Shown here: positions 13,146 through 26,434 of the stretch, piece by piece | Layout: every line of letters begins with the position of its first letter | Numbering within the stretch: the stretch's first letter is position 1 | Assembly (NCBI GenBank): GCA_035221665.1 | Contig: CM069145.1 | Coordinates: forward strand, 32,178,001-32,242,000 | DNA: 64,000 nucleotides | Origin: Okamejei kenojei | Lineage: Eukaryota | Direction: 5' to 3' | Translations under genes and position numbers: made by a program | Notes under the pieces: generated by a model | What the model saw: the letters and a program-made list of their open reading frames with translations, nothing else | What the model was told of the DNA's origin: nothing | Database searches by the model: none

Positions 13146-13199
13146 GCAAAATAAACTCAGCAATTTTTTTTTAAAAAGCAGTAGAGTGGTACAGGAAAG

Positions 13200-13520
13200 T
13201 TAGTCCCTGGTGAGATAGACGTTTACAGTCCTAATGGCCTCTGGGAAGAAACTCCTTCTCAACCTCTCCGTTCTCACAGTATAGCAACGGAGGCATTTGC
13301 CTGATCGTAGCAGCTGGAACAGTCCATTGCAGGGGTGGAATGGGTCTCCCATTATCTTATTGGCTCTGGAGTTGCACCTCCTGATGTATAGTTCCTGCAG
13401 AGGGGCGAGTGATGTTCCCATAGAGCGTTCGGCCGAACACACTTGTCCTGGGCAGAGCAATTCCCAAACCAGATTGTAATATTTCCAGACAAGATGCTTT
13501 CCACAGTCGCTGAGTATAAG
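13200..13520 (-). mobile_element. Rex1/Babar LINE 3' fragment
   Basis: Translates to YSATVESILSGNITIWFGNCSAQDK and DPFHPCNGLFQLLRSGK...RTERLRRSFFPEAIRTVN*, typical of the Rex1 ORF C-terminus. Confidence 0.8.
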
Positions 13521-13529
13521 GATTGTTAG

Positions 13530-14658
13530 CAATGTTCCCTCTAAGCTGTGCGTGTGCGCGCACACACACGTTTTGCAATCAGCATACAAAGAAAATTTAT
13601 GTGCGCACAAAAGGATTTCCGCGGATTTTGAAATTCGGAAATAAAAAAATCTTTGCTATTAAATTTTGCTACTATAAATAATAGTGAATAAATTTTATAG
13701 CGGAGATTTTTTTTCTGAATTTCAAAATCTGCGGCCTGAACCGGCACCGGGGACAGCTGCAGTCTGTTCCGGCATCAGGGAAATCAACAATTGGACCATT
13801 TTGTGGGCCTCATCTGGTCCGTGGGTGCCGCATCCGTCCCTGCCAGGGCCGCCCTCCTCAAAGATGGCAACACTGCTGGCAGGAACCCAGCAGTAAATGG
13901 ATGGGACTGGACCTTGGAGAGGAGGGAGAGGGAGGTGGGGAGGGAGGGGATGGGGGAAAGAGAGAGAGGGGTGGAGAGGGAAGGAGAGGGAAAGAGGGGG
14001 AAGGGAAAGAGGGGGAAGGGAAAGAGGGGGTAGGGAAAGAGGGGGAAGGGGAAGAAAAAAAAGAGGGGGAAGGGAAAGAGGGGGTAGGGAAAGAGGGGGA
14101 AGGGAAGAGGGGGAAGGGAAGAGGTGGAAGGGAAGAGGGGGAAGGGGGGGGAGGAGATAGGGGGTGGGGGAGGACTTGTTACAGTGTTAAAATAAGGAAC
14201 TGTTTCATTTGAAAAACGAAAGCATTCAAGAGCCTGAATGTCATAGGCTCTACAATGTTACCTAAAATGTAGTACTCAATAATTATACAATATTATACAG
14301 TATAATTATACAATAATTTATACTTATTTGTAAAAATCTCATAATCATATTGACTTTATTGTACAGTTTACGAAGATTCATTTCAAATTCTGTAGCTGGC
14401 TTATTGCGTTTTTATTGAAAGAAATTTTGATTCACCATGTCAAATTCAAAGGATGCAAAGGGTGTGAATTAACAAACATCACATCAAAAGTAACTTTAGT
14501 ATTAGCCATGAGAGAGAGGCTATGGCAAAAATATCGTGAAACAATTTCAGGTTTACATCTGCACAATTCAATGCGCGCACACATTTGTAACAGCATAAAA
14601 AATTGCACAATACAAGATTTTTGCGCACACGAACCACTATAAATTAGAGAGAACATTG
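13530..14658. mobile_element. Non-autonomous hAT-like DNA transposon
   Basis: TIRs CAATGTTCCCTCTAA / TTAGAGAGAACATTG (14/15 match). Flanking 8-mers ATTGTTAG / CTTGTGAG (6/8). TGCGC-rich subterminal repeats. Confidence 0.75.
13915..14172 (+). repeat. Purine-rich (GGGAAAGAGGGGGA)n low-complexity tract
   Basis: Direct inspection. Confidence 0.95.
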
Positions 14659-15579
14659 CTTGTGAGTATGGAGGCTTTGTGAGTTTATGTGACGAATGGG
14701 AACCAAGCCCTTTGAAGTTTAAAAAGAACATGAAACACCACTCATGTTGGATGCTGAACCATCGGGCTTCCTGAACAATTGGATAATGGATAAAGGATTA
14801 TCAGAATTTTATTTTTAACATCATAACATGCATTGAAAACAATTAGAGTGAACACTTCACTTTGGATTGCTTTGATTTGACCACTCCATTTAAATGCAAT
14901 GACTCTTGAATTTTATGCATCATGCTGCATTTTCTGCACTCCAGCCCATGGTATCGCCTTAGTGATTGTCCACCTTGCACCACTCTTTCCTCATACCTGC
15001 ACTGCAAATATGCCCACCCTTCTACTTCATCCAATTCCGTCAAACTTTCTGCTTAAAAATCAAGAATAAAATTTAACATTGGATCTGAAAGTCCAGAGTC
15101 CCATTGTATTGCCAACAGGATACTTGTAGATTGGATCTTTATGCCTTGGGTCACACAAATACATTTCCAGTGCTCTTAAGTTTTACAGAGGGAGAAAGTC
15201 ATCTTTGATCACTAGCGCTATGTGTTTTGAGGATATCAGTTGTTGATAGTCAGCTGTGCATTTGACTATTGACATCAATGAAACTACATGTCAAGAGCTC
15301 GGTAGTACGCACAATCACAGATGACTTTCTCTTTGAGGTTGTTTTGACTACAGCCAGCCATTCACCATTCATATTATTGCAAACTATAATATGTCTAAGT
15401 ACTGTTAAGTTAGATTGATCCATCGGGCAGATGAAACCAACACCAATCATTTAGAATATGTCAATAGTGAAAGATAGGATAATAATATTATAATTAATGA
15501 AAATGTGTGTGAAGTTAAAAATAAAAAATAAAAAATGACCCTAGAGTGACCAAACAAGAACAGTCTGTATACATGCAAA

Positions 15580-15790
15580 TATATGCAAAAAATGTTGATG
15601 ATAAAGGAAACAGGCCATTGTTAGGTGTGGGCTAGGTGAAACTGAGTTAAAGACAATGAGACTCAACAAGATGGCTTTGAACCTAGTATAACGAAGGACA
15701 AAGAGAGAGGGGGAATGCAAGGGTTACTTGAAGTTAGAAGAATTAATATTCATACTACTGGGTTGTATGCTGCCCAAGCAAAATATGTTA
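15580..15790 (-). mobile_element. Penelope-like 3' UTR and ORF-end fragment
   Basis: GATAAAGGAAACAGGCCATTGTTAG...GAATGCAAGGGTTACTTGAAGTTAG...GCTGCCCAAGC. Confidence 0.7.
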
Positions 15791-16808
15791 TTTGGTCTAT
15801 CGACTGTATAGCAGTCATTGGACACCTCCACAATGCTGTATTCTCTCTATCCACAGCATGCCTTGTCTCCAGGGCCACCCAGACATGACCGGGACATGGA
15901 AGAGAGCTTGTCAGAATGATCACCCTGTCACGGGAGAAGCAAACGAGATGGGACACTTCCAATTCATTTAGATTTTGGCGCATTTGTATTACTGAAACTA
16001 TCTTAAAGAAGCCCAATTGCCTAATTGCTTGTTTCATCTAGATGAGCTACTACTAATCCAACATAAGCATAAGAAAGCACTAATTATTGGACCCACTGGG
16101 AACTTTAACATTCTGTATGTCCTGGGCAGCAGTAATTAATAGAGCAATTATTACACAGCACTGTTTTCCGAGGCGACTCCAATGTGATGATTAGATAGAA
16201 GCAAAGTGTGTAACTATTACTGTGAGCAAAGGCAGAGAAAGATGTAATGAAATATTTCTCTATGCTGCTTTAGACAATCTCAGCTAAAAGTCACATCACT
16301 TATCTTAGAATTTGTGCAATACATTACCACATTTTGAGCCTCCCTTAATTTCATTTCTGAGTTTAGACCTACATTAAGCAATATAAGCTTGGTGAAATTG
16401 CAGAAAACAGCGAATACATATCACTAATACCGAGACAGAAATAAAACTGAATTAATACAGAAATGCTTCAATTTGAAATTATTTTCTTCTATGTTAATGG
16501 AGATGTATTAATAAAATAATATTCTTGGACCTTATGGCAAAACATTACTGCCTCAGAATCTAATTTATTAATAAATGGGTCTAGTTTGGACGGGGCATCT
16601 TGGTCACCATGGACGAGTTGGGCCGAAGGGCCTGTTTTCATGCTGCATGACAATGACTAAAAACAGGATTGACTGAATTAACATTTATATAATGTTCAAA
16701 GTAATTCTCTTCTCATTCCCTTAAATGTATTTCCATAAATACCAGAAAATATGTACATTGTGAATATGTACATTGTAACTGTAAAATGCTTTACCAACAA
16801 CTCATTAA

Positions 16809-17426
16809 AGGGCCTGTCCCACTTGGGCGCCATTTGCGCGTCATTTACGCAACAGGCCGGTAATGACTGACGCGCGACCATCGCGCGAAAATCATCTAGC
16901 AGTACGACAGTCGCACGCCAAGCGCTCCTGAGGGCCCTGCCCCCTTTGGGAGCCATTTGCGATGTCGTTCGTACCTAGTCCGATCTCCGTGGCAAGGATT
17001 TTCTCAGTGAAAATCAAAAATACTATGGTGAAAATTTTTCAAAACTACGCGCGCTTTATACCTGGGTGGTCATGTGGTGCGGTGCTCAAATTAAGCGCAA
17101 ATGGCGTGCAGACCACGTACGGGCGGCGCACGGTTACGGATGTTGACGCACGGTGATGCATAATAAATTAGCATAGGCAACAGTCGTGCGTCACCGTGCG
17201 TAACCATGCATCACCATGAACTACACGTACGGCATCAATGCATCAGCGTACGCCATTAGTATGTCAGCGTGCGCATGAGATATGTCACGCAGGTGGCGCG
17301 CAAGGATTTTGAGCCTCACAAAATCCTGGGGCGCCGTGTGTTACCGCACGTCACTGCATACGCCACCACGCACGCCAACCAATTTTTAGGATGTCGCACA
17401 AATGACGCCCAAGTGGGACAGGCCCT
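16809..17426. mobile_element. PIF/Harbinger-type MITE, complete
   Basis: TIRs AGGGCCTGTCCCACTTGGGCG(C/T)CATTTG, TAA TSD at 16806-16808 and 17427-17429, CpG-rich interior. Confidence 0.9.
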
Positions 17427-18410
17427 TAACTCAAAGGGTTGGCACAAAAGTGCATCATTTATGAATGTAATATTTTTAAAGGTTAAGATTTATTATTGAC
17501 TCTAATAGATACAAAAGAAAGCATTTGTGCTGGAAAAATCTGGAAAAACTTCCATAAATATTAAACCCCACATATAGACAAAGCCATAAGCTTTAAATCT
17601 ATTCTTTCCTGATCCACTCTAAACCAATGATTGAATCCTCTCTTATAACCAGCATAGCTCACCTTTCCCTCACATCAGATTAACACACATAAAACACAGC
17701 ATTGTATACAATATGGATCAAATGAACAAACATTTGTATTTAATTTAAAACCGAGACTGTTTTACAGAATCCAATGATTAATGCCCCACACCACCAAATC
17801 CATCTCCACAAGTTCAATCATTTTCTCTGTGATGCCTCTCTTATTTTTAGCTATTTATCATTTGGGTGAGAGTCAATTTCCTGCAAATATATTTTCAGAA
17901 TTTGCAGCCCCAGTTTCTATAAGATGCACATTCCCTTCACGGTTTACCTGCGTCAAAGTAAATAAGACAGCCAACAATCTGGTTCCACGCTGATCAGGGC
18001 CATGGTTCACAGTTAAGGGGCCATGTACATGGGTTGTTTTACAGATGAATTTTCTGCCTTTAATCATGAAGAGTTTGTCTTTTCTAGAGAGTATTCTGGA
18101 CCGTGGCCTTGTTTGGCAGTATGTTTTGCCACAGTGGGGAAAGAGAAAATGACTTCTTGCTGTTAGCTTTAAGAAAACAGCACCGCTAGCCATTCAGAAG
18201 TCTATGAAGGTGGCCCTCAGCTTGGGTTTGCCCTCACCTCTGCAATGATAACCATGCATCTTATATCGACTTGAGTTGGAGAAATCTAAACTAAAACTAA
18301 ATTTAAAAAAAACTAAAACAATCCACAGCTCAACAAACAGGGTAGCTGCAGGCCTTCCAAAAGCCTTCAAGAACAAGTTGGTTCTCATTAATTGGGGAAC
18401 GATTTCTAGT

Positions 18411-18724
18411 GGGCGGCACAGTGGCGCAGTGGTAGAGTTGTTGCCGTATAGCACCAGAGACCCGGGTTCAATCCTGACTACAGGTGCTGTCTGTACAGAG
18501 TTTGTAGGTTCTCCCTGTAACCACGTGGGTTTTCTCCTGGAGCTCCAGTTTCCTCTCACATTCCAAAGAAGTACCGGTTTGTCGGGTAATTGGCTTCCGT
18601 AAATTGCAAATAGGCCCTAGTGTGTGGGATAGTGCTAGTGTATGGGGGAATTGCTGGTTGGCACAGACTCGGTGGGCCAAAGGGCCTGTTTCCGAGCTGT
18701 ATCTCTGAACTAAACTAAACTAAA
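18411..18724 (+). mobile_element. HE1-type tRNA-derived V-SINE, full length
   Basis: Pol III A box (TGGCGCAGTGG) and B box (GGTTCAATCC), V-domain-like core, CR1-like 3' end GGGCCTGTTTCC, (AAACT)n tail. Confidence 0.9.
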
Positions 18725-19554
18725 AAAAGTCCAGCAGCTTTAATTCTCATTTCTGCTGAACCAGTCAAGTTTGAAAGAGATAAAATCAAGCAAGTATGTT
18801 ATTTATTTCAAATTGTTCAAAGTCGTTACAATCACTGCTTAAAAATGCCAGGCACTGCAAATACTGTAATTACACCAGTAACGGTAATTATGTGTCCAGT
18901 GGTTCATGTTAAATAATGCACAAAATTAGAGCAATATAGGATTAGGGACAAAATAGTTTGATATTGTTGTCTGTAAAGATCATGGCAAGAATGCACTGGA
19001 TGGAGTCTGGAGATACAGATGTATTCTAGAGATTTATTTGTGAAAAGTGGTACGTAGCAAATGCTTCAATGGTGTGATGTGGGAATCTAAGAAGTTGAGG
19101 TAATGATAAGTACAAATTTTAAAATAAACCTGTTAAAGATGGCCCTGTGCCATTAGTGTTGTCATAAATTGTTTGAATTAAACAACTTTCCCACGGTATT
19201 CTTATTTTTGTTGCATTTTAATATAACAAGAATGTTCATGCAGCATATATCCACTTCAAAAAATCCATGGACACACTGGATATAAAGGGCACCTGCATGT
19301 AAAAGAAAGGATGTTTGGCAGGGAAGAGATATGGTGATGATTTGTGATATGTGAAAAATTAACAAACTAATTACAATAACAGTAAAAAACATTGGTGGAA
19401 ATGATAGATGTAAGTAATAAATGTTTGCAATTTTGTTCATGAATTTTCATGATCAACTGTGATAGATTTTAGGAAAATTGCAGTAGCAACCCTAGAGTGA
19501 GGAATTTCCATAGATCTAGATCTGGTAAATTCCCAATTATATTCCTGTTGAAAG

Positions 19555-19662
19555 AATGTGTAGGAAAGAACTGCAGATGCTGGTTTAAATCCAAGGTAAA
19601 CACAAAATGCTGGAGAAACTCAGCGGGACAGGCAGCATCTCTGGAGAGAAGGAATGGGTGAT
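19555..19662 (-). mobile_element. Penelope-like terminal-repeat fragment
   Basis: GAACTGCAGATGCTGG...ACTCAGCGGGACAGGCAGCATCT. Confidence 0.75.
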
Positions 19663-19903
19663 AAAAGGATATTGACTTAAATATTAACTGTTTGTAAACT
19701 GTCCTGGTATGCAAGTGAGGCAAAAAAGTAATGCCACATACTCACTCTATGCAGATTAACACATAAGAACTTAAATAAATTGGTAAAAATCTCCTTTAAA
19801 GTAGCAGACAATAAAATTACCATGAAAATTTATTAAAAATCAAATTTGGATGGTTCTATTGTAATCAGGGCTTAACATGATTTCCCAACTTTTATATTCA
19901 ATA

Positions 19904-21013
19904 CTAGACTAAGTGGGACATGTTGGGTCCCTGTCACACAAAAGGCCTGGTCCCCCAAAGCAACCCTTTCCCCCAACGCAATATTCCACCACTCACACAT
20001 AGCCCCCAACTGCGCAGGCACGGCTCATTTCCCCTCATCCCCAGCACTCTCTCCCCCTCTTCACCCTCCCTCTTCTTTCCCTCCTCCTCCCCTCCCCAAT
20101 ACCTCCCACACCTCTCCCTCCCTCTCCTTTCCCCTACTCAGTCACTCCCTCCCTCCATAACTCCTCTCCCGTCCCTACTCCCTCCTATATGCCCCACCTC
20201 CCCACTCCACTATATATCCCACTCCCTACCTTCCCCTCCTCTCCCTCTATTCTCTACCCTTCACCCCACTCCCCCTCGTCACCACCTCCCTCTTTTGTTC
20301 CCCTCCCCAATCCCTCCGTCACCTCTCCTTTCTCCTACCCTCAGTCACTCCCACTCTCCCTCCATAACTCCTCTCCCTACCCCTCTCCTCTATCTCCCCT
20401 CCTCCCCCTCTCCCTCCTCACATCCCTCAATTTTCCCATCCTCTCCCTCAATCCACCCAGTCTCCATCCTCACCTCCCCATTTCCCCCCTCTCCCTCCTC
20501 ACCTCCCCCACTTTCCCCCCTCTTCCTCCATACCCCCTCCTCTCCCTCAATTCCCCCATACTCCCTCCTCACCTCCCCAGGATCTCAAGGTTGCCGAACC
20601 TCTAACCAGAGGTTGTCTTGGCCGGAGGTTGCCTTAACCAGAGGCTGCGCCAACCAGAAGACGTGCCAACCGGAAGACGCGCTGGGCAACGCCCGACAGA
20701 GGTGGGTGCCACTGGTGACTGACAATGGACGCGGCCAATCAGTGCGGCGATGTTGCAGGAAGAAGCGTTGCCGTCCCGGCCGTGACTGACAGGAGAGGAG
20801 CCCAATCTACGCATGCGCAGTTTTAAAGATTTTTAAACCTAAATGACTTCTAATATATACCACTGATCAGAACAACTTGTTGCACTTGCAGCACAGGAGA
20901 ATGGTGAGTAAGGTGGCAAAAAATCGTAGTGCTATCGTGTACCGTTTTTGCGTAAATGTAAAAACAATGCAAACTGGAAGATAACAAGATGACAGTTTTA
21001 GTTATGTAATAGA
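19904..21013 (-). mobile_element. Non-autonomous Helitron, complete
   Basis: Minus strand reads A|TCTATTACATAACTAAAA ... GGGAC-CCAACAT-GTCCC hairpin, 11 nt, CTAG|T. This is the canonical TC...CTAG structure in an AT target without TSD. Confidence 0.85.
20030..20578 (+). repeat. C/T-rich low-complexity tract inside the Helitron
   Basis: Almost G-free pyrimidine tract with short internal repeats. Confidence 0.95.
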
Positions 21014-21169
21014 TTACTAATGACAAATCCAGACACCCAAAATACATTTGTAAATGTCTTAGCAACTTACCCTAGTATCTTCAATGACAAATTAATAATT
21101 ACATGTATTCTTAAACCAAGTCAAACTTTTACCGATAAGCTTCTGAAACCATTCAGTACCTAAACAGTA

Positions 21170-21855
21170 GCGATAGAGTTATACAGAAGGGAAACAGGCC
21201 CTCTGGCCCAACTCATCCATGCCAATCAGGATGCCCATCTATGCGAGCCGTATTTGCCCGCATTTGACCAATATCCCTCTCAACCATTCCTATATGTGTA
21301 ACTATCCAAATGCCTGTGTTGTTATTGTACCTGCCTCAATCACTTCCTCTGGCAGCTCGTTCCATATACATACCACCTCAAAAGGCCACATGTGTGGCGT
21401 GCCGCGGGTAAAATTGTGAAAACATTACATAACAATGAATTCAATGTATGTATAGTCTCTGAGAATGTTGGAAGAATTTGTGCATAGTTCCTGAATTGTA
21501 CATTGAATTTACATTGAATAAAGTTTATTTTTATTTTATTTTATTTTATTTGTGAAAAGGCTGCCTTCAGGTTCCTATTAAATCTTTTCCCTCTCACCTT
21601 AAACCCTGCACTCTTGTTCTTGATTCCCCAACCCCATGGAAAAGATTGTACATTCACCCAATCTATGACACTTGTGATTTTACATACTTCTATGAGATCA
21701 CTCCGTCTTCTATGATACAAGTCCCAGTCTGCCCAACGTCTCCCTATGTGTCCCGCGAGTCCTGACAACATCCCCAAAAAATCTTTTTGCACTCTTTTCA
21801 GCTTAATGACATCTTACCTACTGCAGGGTGAGCAAAACTGAATACGACATTCCAA
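21170..21855 (-). mobile_element. Decayed CR1 3' fragment, interrupted at ~21381-21549 by a plus-strand Tx1/L1-like 3' end
   Basis: CR1 tail motifs GAAACAGGCCC and TCCTCTGGCAGCTCGTTCC resume after the insert. The insert ends TGAATAAAGTTTATTTTT(ATTTT)n. Confidence 0.6.
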
Positions 21856-23149
21856 GATGTAGAAATAAGGAATTGTAGATGTCGGTTTACAAAAAATAGA
21901 CCAATTTTTGTGAGTGCTGGAGTTATTCAACGGATCAGGCAGCATCGTTTTGAGTTGGGAGTTTTCTTCAATACTCAGAGTGCAGCCCTATCAACACCTT
22001 TACAATTTGGACAATATGTTTATCATATTCACATGTCGCTTGTTGGAGAATTACTCAAATCTTCAGAGCTTGATACCAAGAAGACACATACCTTCACCAC
22101 AATGTGAACAGGGGTGGGGGTGGGTTCCAGGAAAAAAACAGCATTGCTTTCAATGCATGGAGAATGCAAGTTCTCCAGAATGGCTTGGAGAAGACTTGCA
22201 CATACAGGTGGTCATTTGCAGTTTACGCATGGTAATAAAAAGGGGAGTGCTAAACTGGATTCTTTGAACATTCGATTATTCAGTGTGCCTCATACAAGCA
22301 AGAACTTTTGTATTTCCTTAAATGAATCCCTTGTGTTAACATTTCCTTATTAAGAATGGGTTTTTTCATCATTAAACATGAAGGTAACAATAGGTCGGGA
22401 GTCATGCTTTAAATTGCAATTAACATTCAGCAGCCAGCAAACACCTTTGTTATATTCACCCCTGAAGCTGCATTTTACAGACATAAACAAGCCCTGCAGT
22501 TCGGCCAGTGACAGTCAGCTTTGACAGTTTGCAACGAGAAGCTACACAACACAACTTATTTAAAGCTAATTATTGCTGAGCTACTTACATGGTTCCTGTC
22601 AGAATCCGTGGCACTTTAACCTTTCATTCCTTTTCTTTTTAGAATTAATGATAAGCATGGACATATCACAGATGAATAGTTCATCTCAAATGACTTGCTG
22701 CCATCCTAGTGATCATTATAGTCCCTCATTAGTTTTGTTTGTTCTGTATGTGTTCATTAGATGCAGCTTTAACTAAGTTCTTTATTTCAGTGAATTTACT
22801 TTGTAGGCCTTAATTTCAGTTGGGATTGAAAGGCTGGGATTGACACTGAGGTTCTTTGTGATCATTCAAAATCGTATTTTACCATTTGAAATTTGAAACA
22901 TTGTTATAATAGATGCACAGAGCTCTTGATGGTTATATTGAAATGTACAATCAGCAGCCAAACCTCTGCTTCAACATATAAAAGTCACAAAAAATACAGT
23001 TTTTGGAACTGTGGGATCTTTGGATCTAATTATTTGGATCTGTTAGAATGTTGGATCTTTGGATCAAACATCTCATCAATTATTGAAGCAAATCATTATA
23101 ATGGCAACAAATTAGAGCAAATAATCACAATGCAAAATAATCAGCTATG

Positions 23150-23410
23150 AGCATAGATGATAGAGCAGTACAGCACAAGCACAGGCCCTTCTGCCCATAA
23201 TGTCGGTTTCGAACATGATGCCAAGACCAACACTTATCTACCTGCACATAATCCACATCCCTCCATTCCACTTCTTCAGTCTGAAGAAGGTTCCTATCCG
23301 AATGGTCACCCATTCCTTTTCTCCAGAGATGCTGCCTGACCTGTTGAGCTACTCCAGCAGTTTGCGTCTATCTTCAGTATAAACCAGCATTTGACGTTCC
23401 TTCCTACAAA
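23150..23410. mobile_element. CR1 tail (minus) with inserted Penelope terminal fragment (plus, ~23275-23410)
   Basis: ACAGGCCCTTC...GAACATGATGCC followed by CAGTCTGAAGAAGG...GATGCTGCCTGACC. Confidence 0.65.
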
Positions 23411-23914
23411 TTCCTTCCATATACCTATCCGAAGGTCTCTTAATGCCCTGTCAAATCCTACCTTTAAAATTTGGGCCCTGATGATGTGATCTGAGCATGG
23501 TATTTTGCCCGATACCAGGTTTTCACTGAAGCTCTAAAAACTTGATTCTTGCAGCATTTACCAGGAAGGAATAACATTAAGGATAAAGGATATCACCCAT
23601 CAAATATAAGTGTCACCACTGGCTGTTCTATCAGTATCAGGGCAGTTTCCTCCCAGTTGAGTTGCCTGAAGTTGGTTCTGAACCCAACCTTTCAGACTCA
23701 AACGCAGCACTACTCCTGTTACAAATGCTCCACTCGATTTAAATATTTAGAGACATGTATTCTTACCTCCAATAGCAGGGGCACTCTGGAAGCCTCTAAC
23801 ATCTGACCTTCACCTTCACCTCGCTCTTTAACTCAATGTCACTTAACATAGATGATGATTTTTATTATCCCTGCAAACTCAAAATGTCCAAAGTTACCAT
23901 TCAAGCTGCCCATT

Positions 23915-24358
23915 ATAGAGTCAGAGAGTCGTAGTGTGATACAGGACCTTCGGCCCAACTTGCCCACACCGGCCAACATGTCGCAGCCACACTAGTCCCA
24001 CCTGCCTGTGTTTGGTCCATATCCCTCAAAACCTGTCTTATCCATGTACCTGTCTAACTGTTTCTAAAATGTTGGGATAGTCCCTCCTCTGGCAGCTTGT
24101 TCCACCACCTTATGTGTGAAAACATTACCCCTCAGATTCCTATTAAATAATTTCACCTTCACCTCTGGTTCTCGATTCACCTACTTTGGCCAAGAGATTC
24201 TGTGCATCTACCCGATCGATTAGTGTCATGATTCGATACACCTTGATAAGATCCCCCCTCGTCCTCCTGCGCTCCAAGGAATGGGTGTCCCACCCTACTC
24301 AACCTCTCCCTATAGCTCAGACCCTCTCAGACTCTACTCAACCTCTCCCTACAGCTCA
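23915..24358 (-). mobile_element. CR1 3' fragment
   Basis: CCTTCGGCCCAACTTGCC...CTCTGGCAGCTTGTTCC...ATAAGATCCCCCCTC. Confidence 0.8.
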
Positions 24359-24359
24359 G

Positions 24360-24519
24360 ACATTTCGAGGCGTGACACCTGTTTGGTCGTGTGTAGTCGC
24401 CCAAAGAGTCGTAGCTTTTTCTGGTCACCGCGGGATTTTTGCAACATTTTGACATTTTTCGGCGACCTGCTGCGAGTATGACAGGTGCCGGCAAAAATTG
24501 CATAAGTGGGACATGCCCT
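24360..24519. mobile_element. Harbinger MITE, right end only
   Basis: Ends AAGTGGGACATGCCCT + TTA, the same TIR family as 16809-17426. Confidence 0.65.
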
Positions 24520-24585
24520 TTACTGAGTATTTCTGGCATTTTCTGTTTTTATATTTAATGTTTTGAAGCGCTGTTTCTTCACCAT

Positions 24586-25206
24586 TTGAGTATAAGCAGG
24601 GAGGTTCTACTGCAGTTGTACAGGGCCTTGGTGAGACCACAGCTGGAGTATTGTGTACAGTTTTGGTCTCCAAAACTGAGGAAAGACATTCTTGCCATAG
24701 AGGGAGTACAGTGAAGGTTCACCAGACTGATTCTTGGGATGGCAGGACTTTCATATGAAGAAAAACTGGATAGGCTTGGCTTGTATTCGCTAGAATTTAG
24801 AAGATTGAGGGGGAATCTTATAGAAACTTACAAAATTCTTAAGGGGTTGGACAGGCTAGATGCAGGAAGATTGTTCACGATGTTGGGGAAGTCCAGAACA
24901 AGGGGTCACAGTTTAAGGGTAAGGAGGAAGTCTTTTAGGACCGAGATGAAAAAAACATTTTTCACACAGAGAATGGTGAATCTGTGGAATTCTCTGCCAC
25001 AGAAGGTAGTTGAGGCCAGTTCATTGGCTATATTTAAGAGGGAGTTAGATGTGGCCCTTGTGGCTAAAGGGATCAGGGGATATGGAGAGAAGGCAGGTAC
25101 AGGATACTGAGTTGGATGATCAGCCATGATCATATTGAATGGCGGTGCAGGCTCGAAGGGCCGAATGGCCTACTCCTGTACCTATTTTCTATGTTTCTAT
25201 GTTTCA
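24586..25206 (+). mobile_element. CR1 LINE 3' fragment
   Basis: [15 protein letters not shown]...LGLYSLEFRRLRG...FFTQR...LWNSLP. (TTTCTATG)n tail. Confidence 0.95.
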
Positions 25207-26259
25207 CGAAGGCTTGCCAAATTCTAGGCAAATCACCCAAGTCCCTTTCCCACAGGAAATTTGGTTGCCCATTTCCTTCACCGTGTATCTTTCCTTGTGG
25301 GTTTAAAAGCTTCTGTGAAGTAGTTAATTCAGTGTTATGGTGAAGCAGATTTCCAGGGGTTTATTCCACTCTCTTCATCCACAAAATTGATTCACGTTCT
25401 TTTTCAACGTACGATTCTTCATGGATAAGTACCGGAAATCATGCCAAGTATTGTTACTCACCTTTGAATGAACATAGGATTGAAAAGTTCCTCCTTGATC
25501 ATCATTGCAGAATATTTAGAATGTAGACAAGTACAGCCACAGGAATAGGCTCTTCGGCAAGCAGTGTCTATGCTGAACATGATGCCAAAATAAACAAATC
25601 TCATCTGCCTACATATGACCTATATCGCTCCATATCTAAAAAACCCTTAAATCCCACCATCATATCATTATGTTGTTTGTGCACAGCTCATGTATTGTCT
25701 ACTAAAGAAAACACGCAAATTTGAGAGGACGATAAGGCTTCTTTCAAGGATTGAATAGAATTAGCAATTTAAGGCATTGCTAAAACCTTGTATGTTGCAA
25801 TAACATATTACTCTTAAATTATGCTCTTTTATGTGGCAAAACTGGTCTAAACCAATAAAAATAATGTGTATGAGCATTAAAAGCCAGAGGCATAGTCAGA
25901 ATTCAACATAGATTTGATCCCAGCCCCGTGCAGTCCCTGCCAAGTGTGAAAATGTAACACGCGCACTCTGCAAAATCTTCCAGCGACCAGAAGCAAAATC
26001 CAAAAAGACTCAAACCAACACCCTTTAACAGCTGACAGCCGAAGGCATTAAAAAACATGGTAGAGAACAAGCCAGTAATTCACACTGCCAGCACTTTCTG
26101 CATAAGCACCTCCTAATATCAGTTGCTGACAATGACCAACATTTCCAAACGCAGGACTATTTGTAACGTATGCAGGCAATAGCTGGTGCACCTCAAGAAA
26201 CATCTTTTTGTTCTCTACGACTCACCAAAAGAGAGGGGAGTGAGTAGATGTACTCTTCA

Positions 26260-26434
26260 GGGGGGGTTACACAAAAAGCTGGAGAAACTCAGCAGGTGCA
26301 GCAGCATCTAAGGAGCAAAGGAGATAGGTGACGTTCTTCTCCTTCGCTCCTTAGATGCTGCTGCACCCGCTGAGTTTCTCCAGATTTTTGTGTAACCCTC
26401 GATTTTCCAGCATCTGCAGTTCCTTCTTTAACAC
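26260..26434. mobile_element. Palindromic Penelope-derived mini-element
   Basis: ~61-bp inverted arms (26264-26324 / 26338-26398). 14-bp TSD AGATGTACTCTTCA / AGATGTACTGTTCA. Confidence 0.8.

Noticed and set aside
13791-14212. Gly/Glu/Arg-rich ORFs
   Set aside because: Translations of a purine microsatellite.
18411-18485. tRNA gene
   Set aside because: tRNA-derived SINE head continuing into SINE body. No complete cloverleaf.
19920-20789. 289-aa Pro/Ser-rich ORF
   Set aside because: Arises from a stop-poor C/T tract inside a Helitron.
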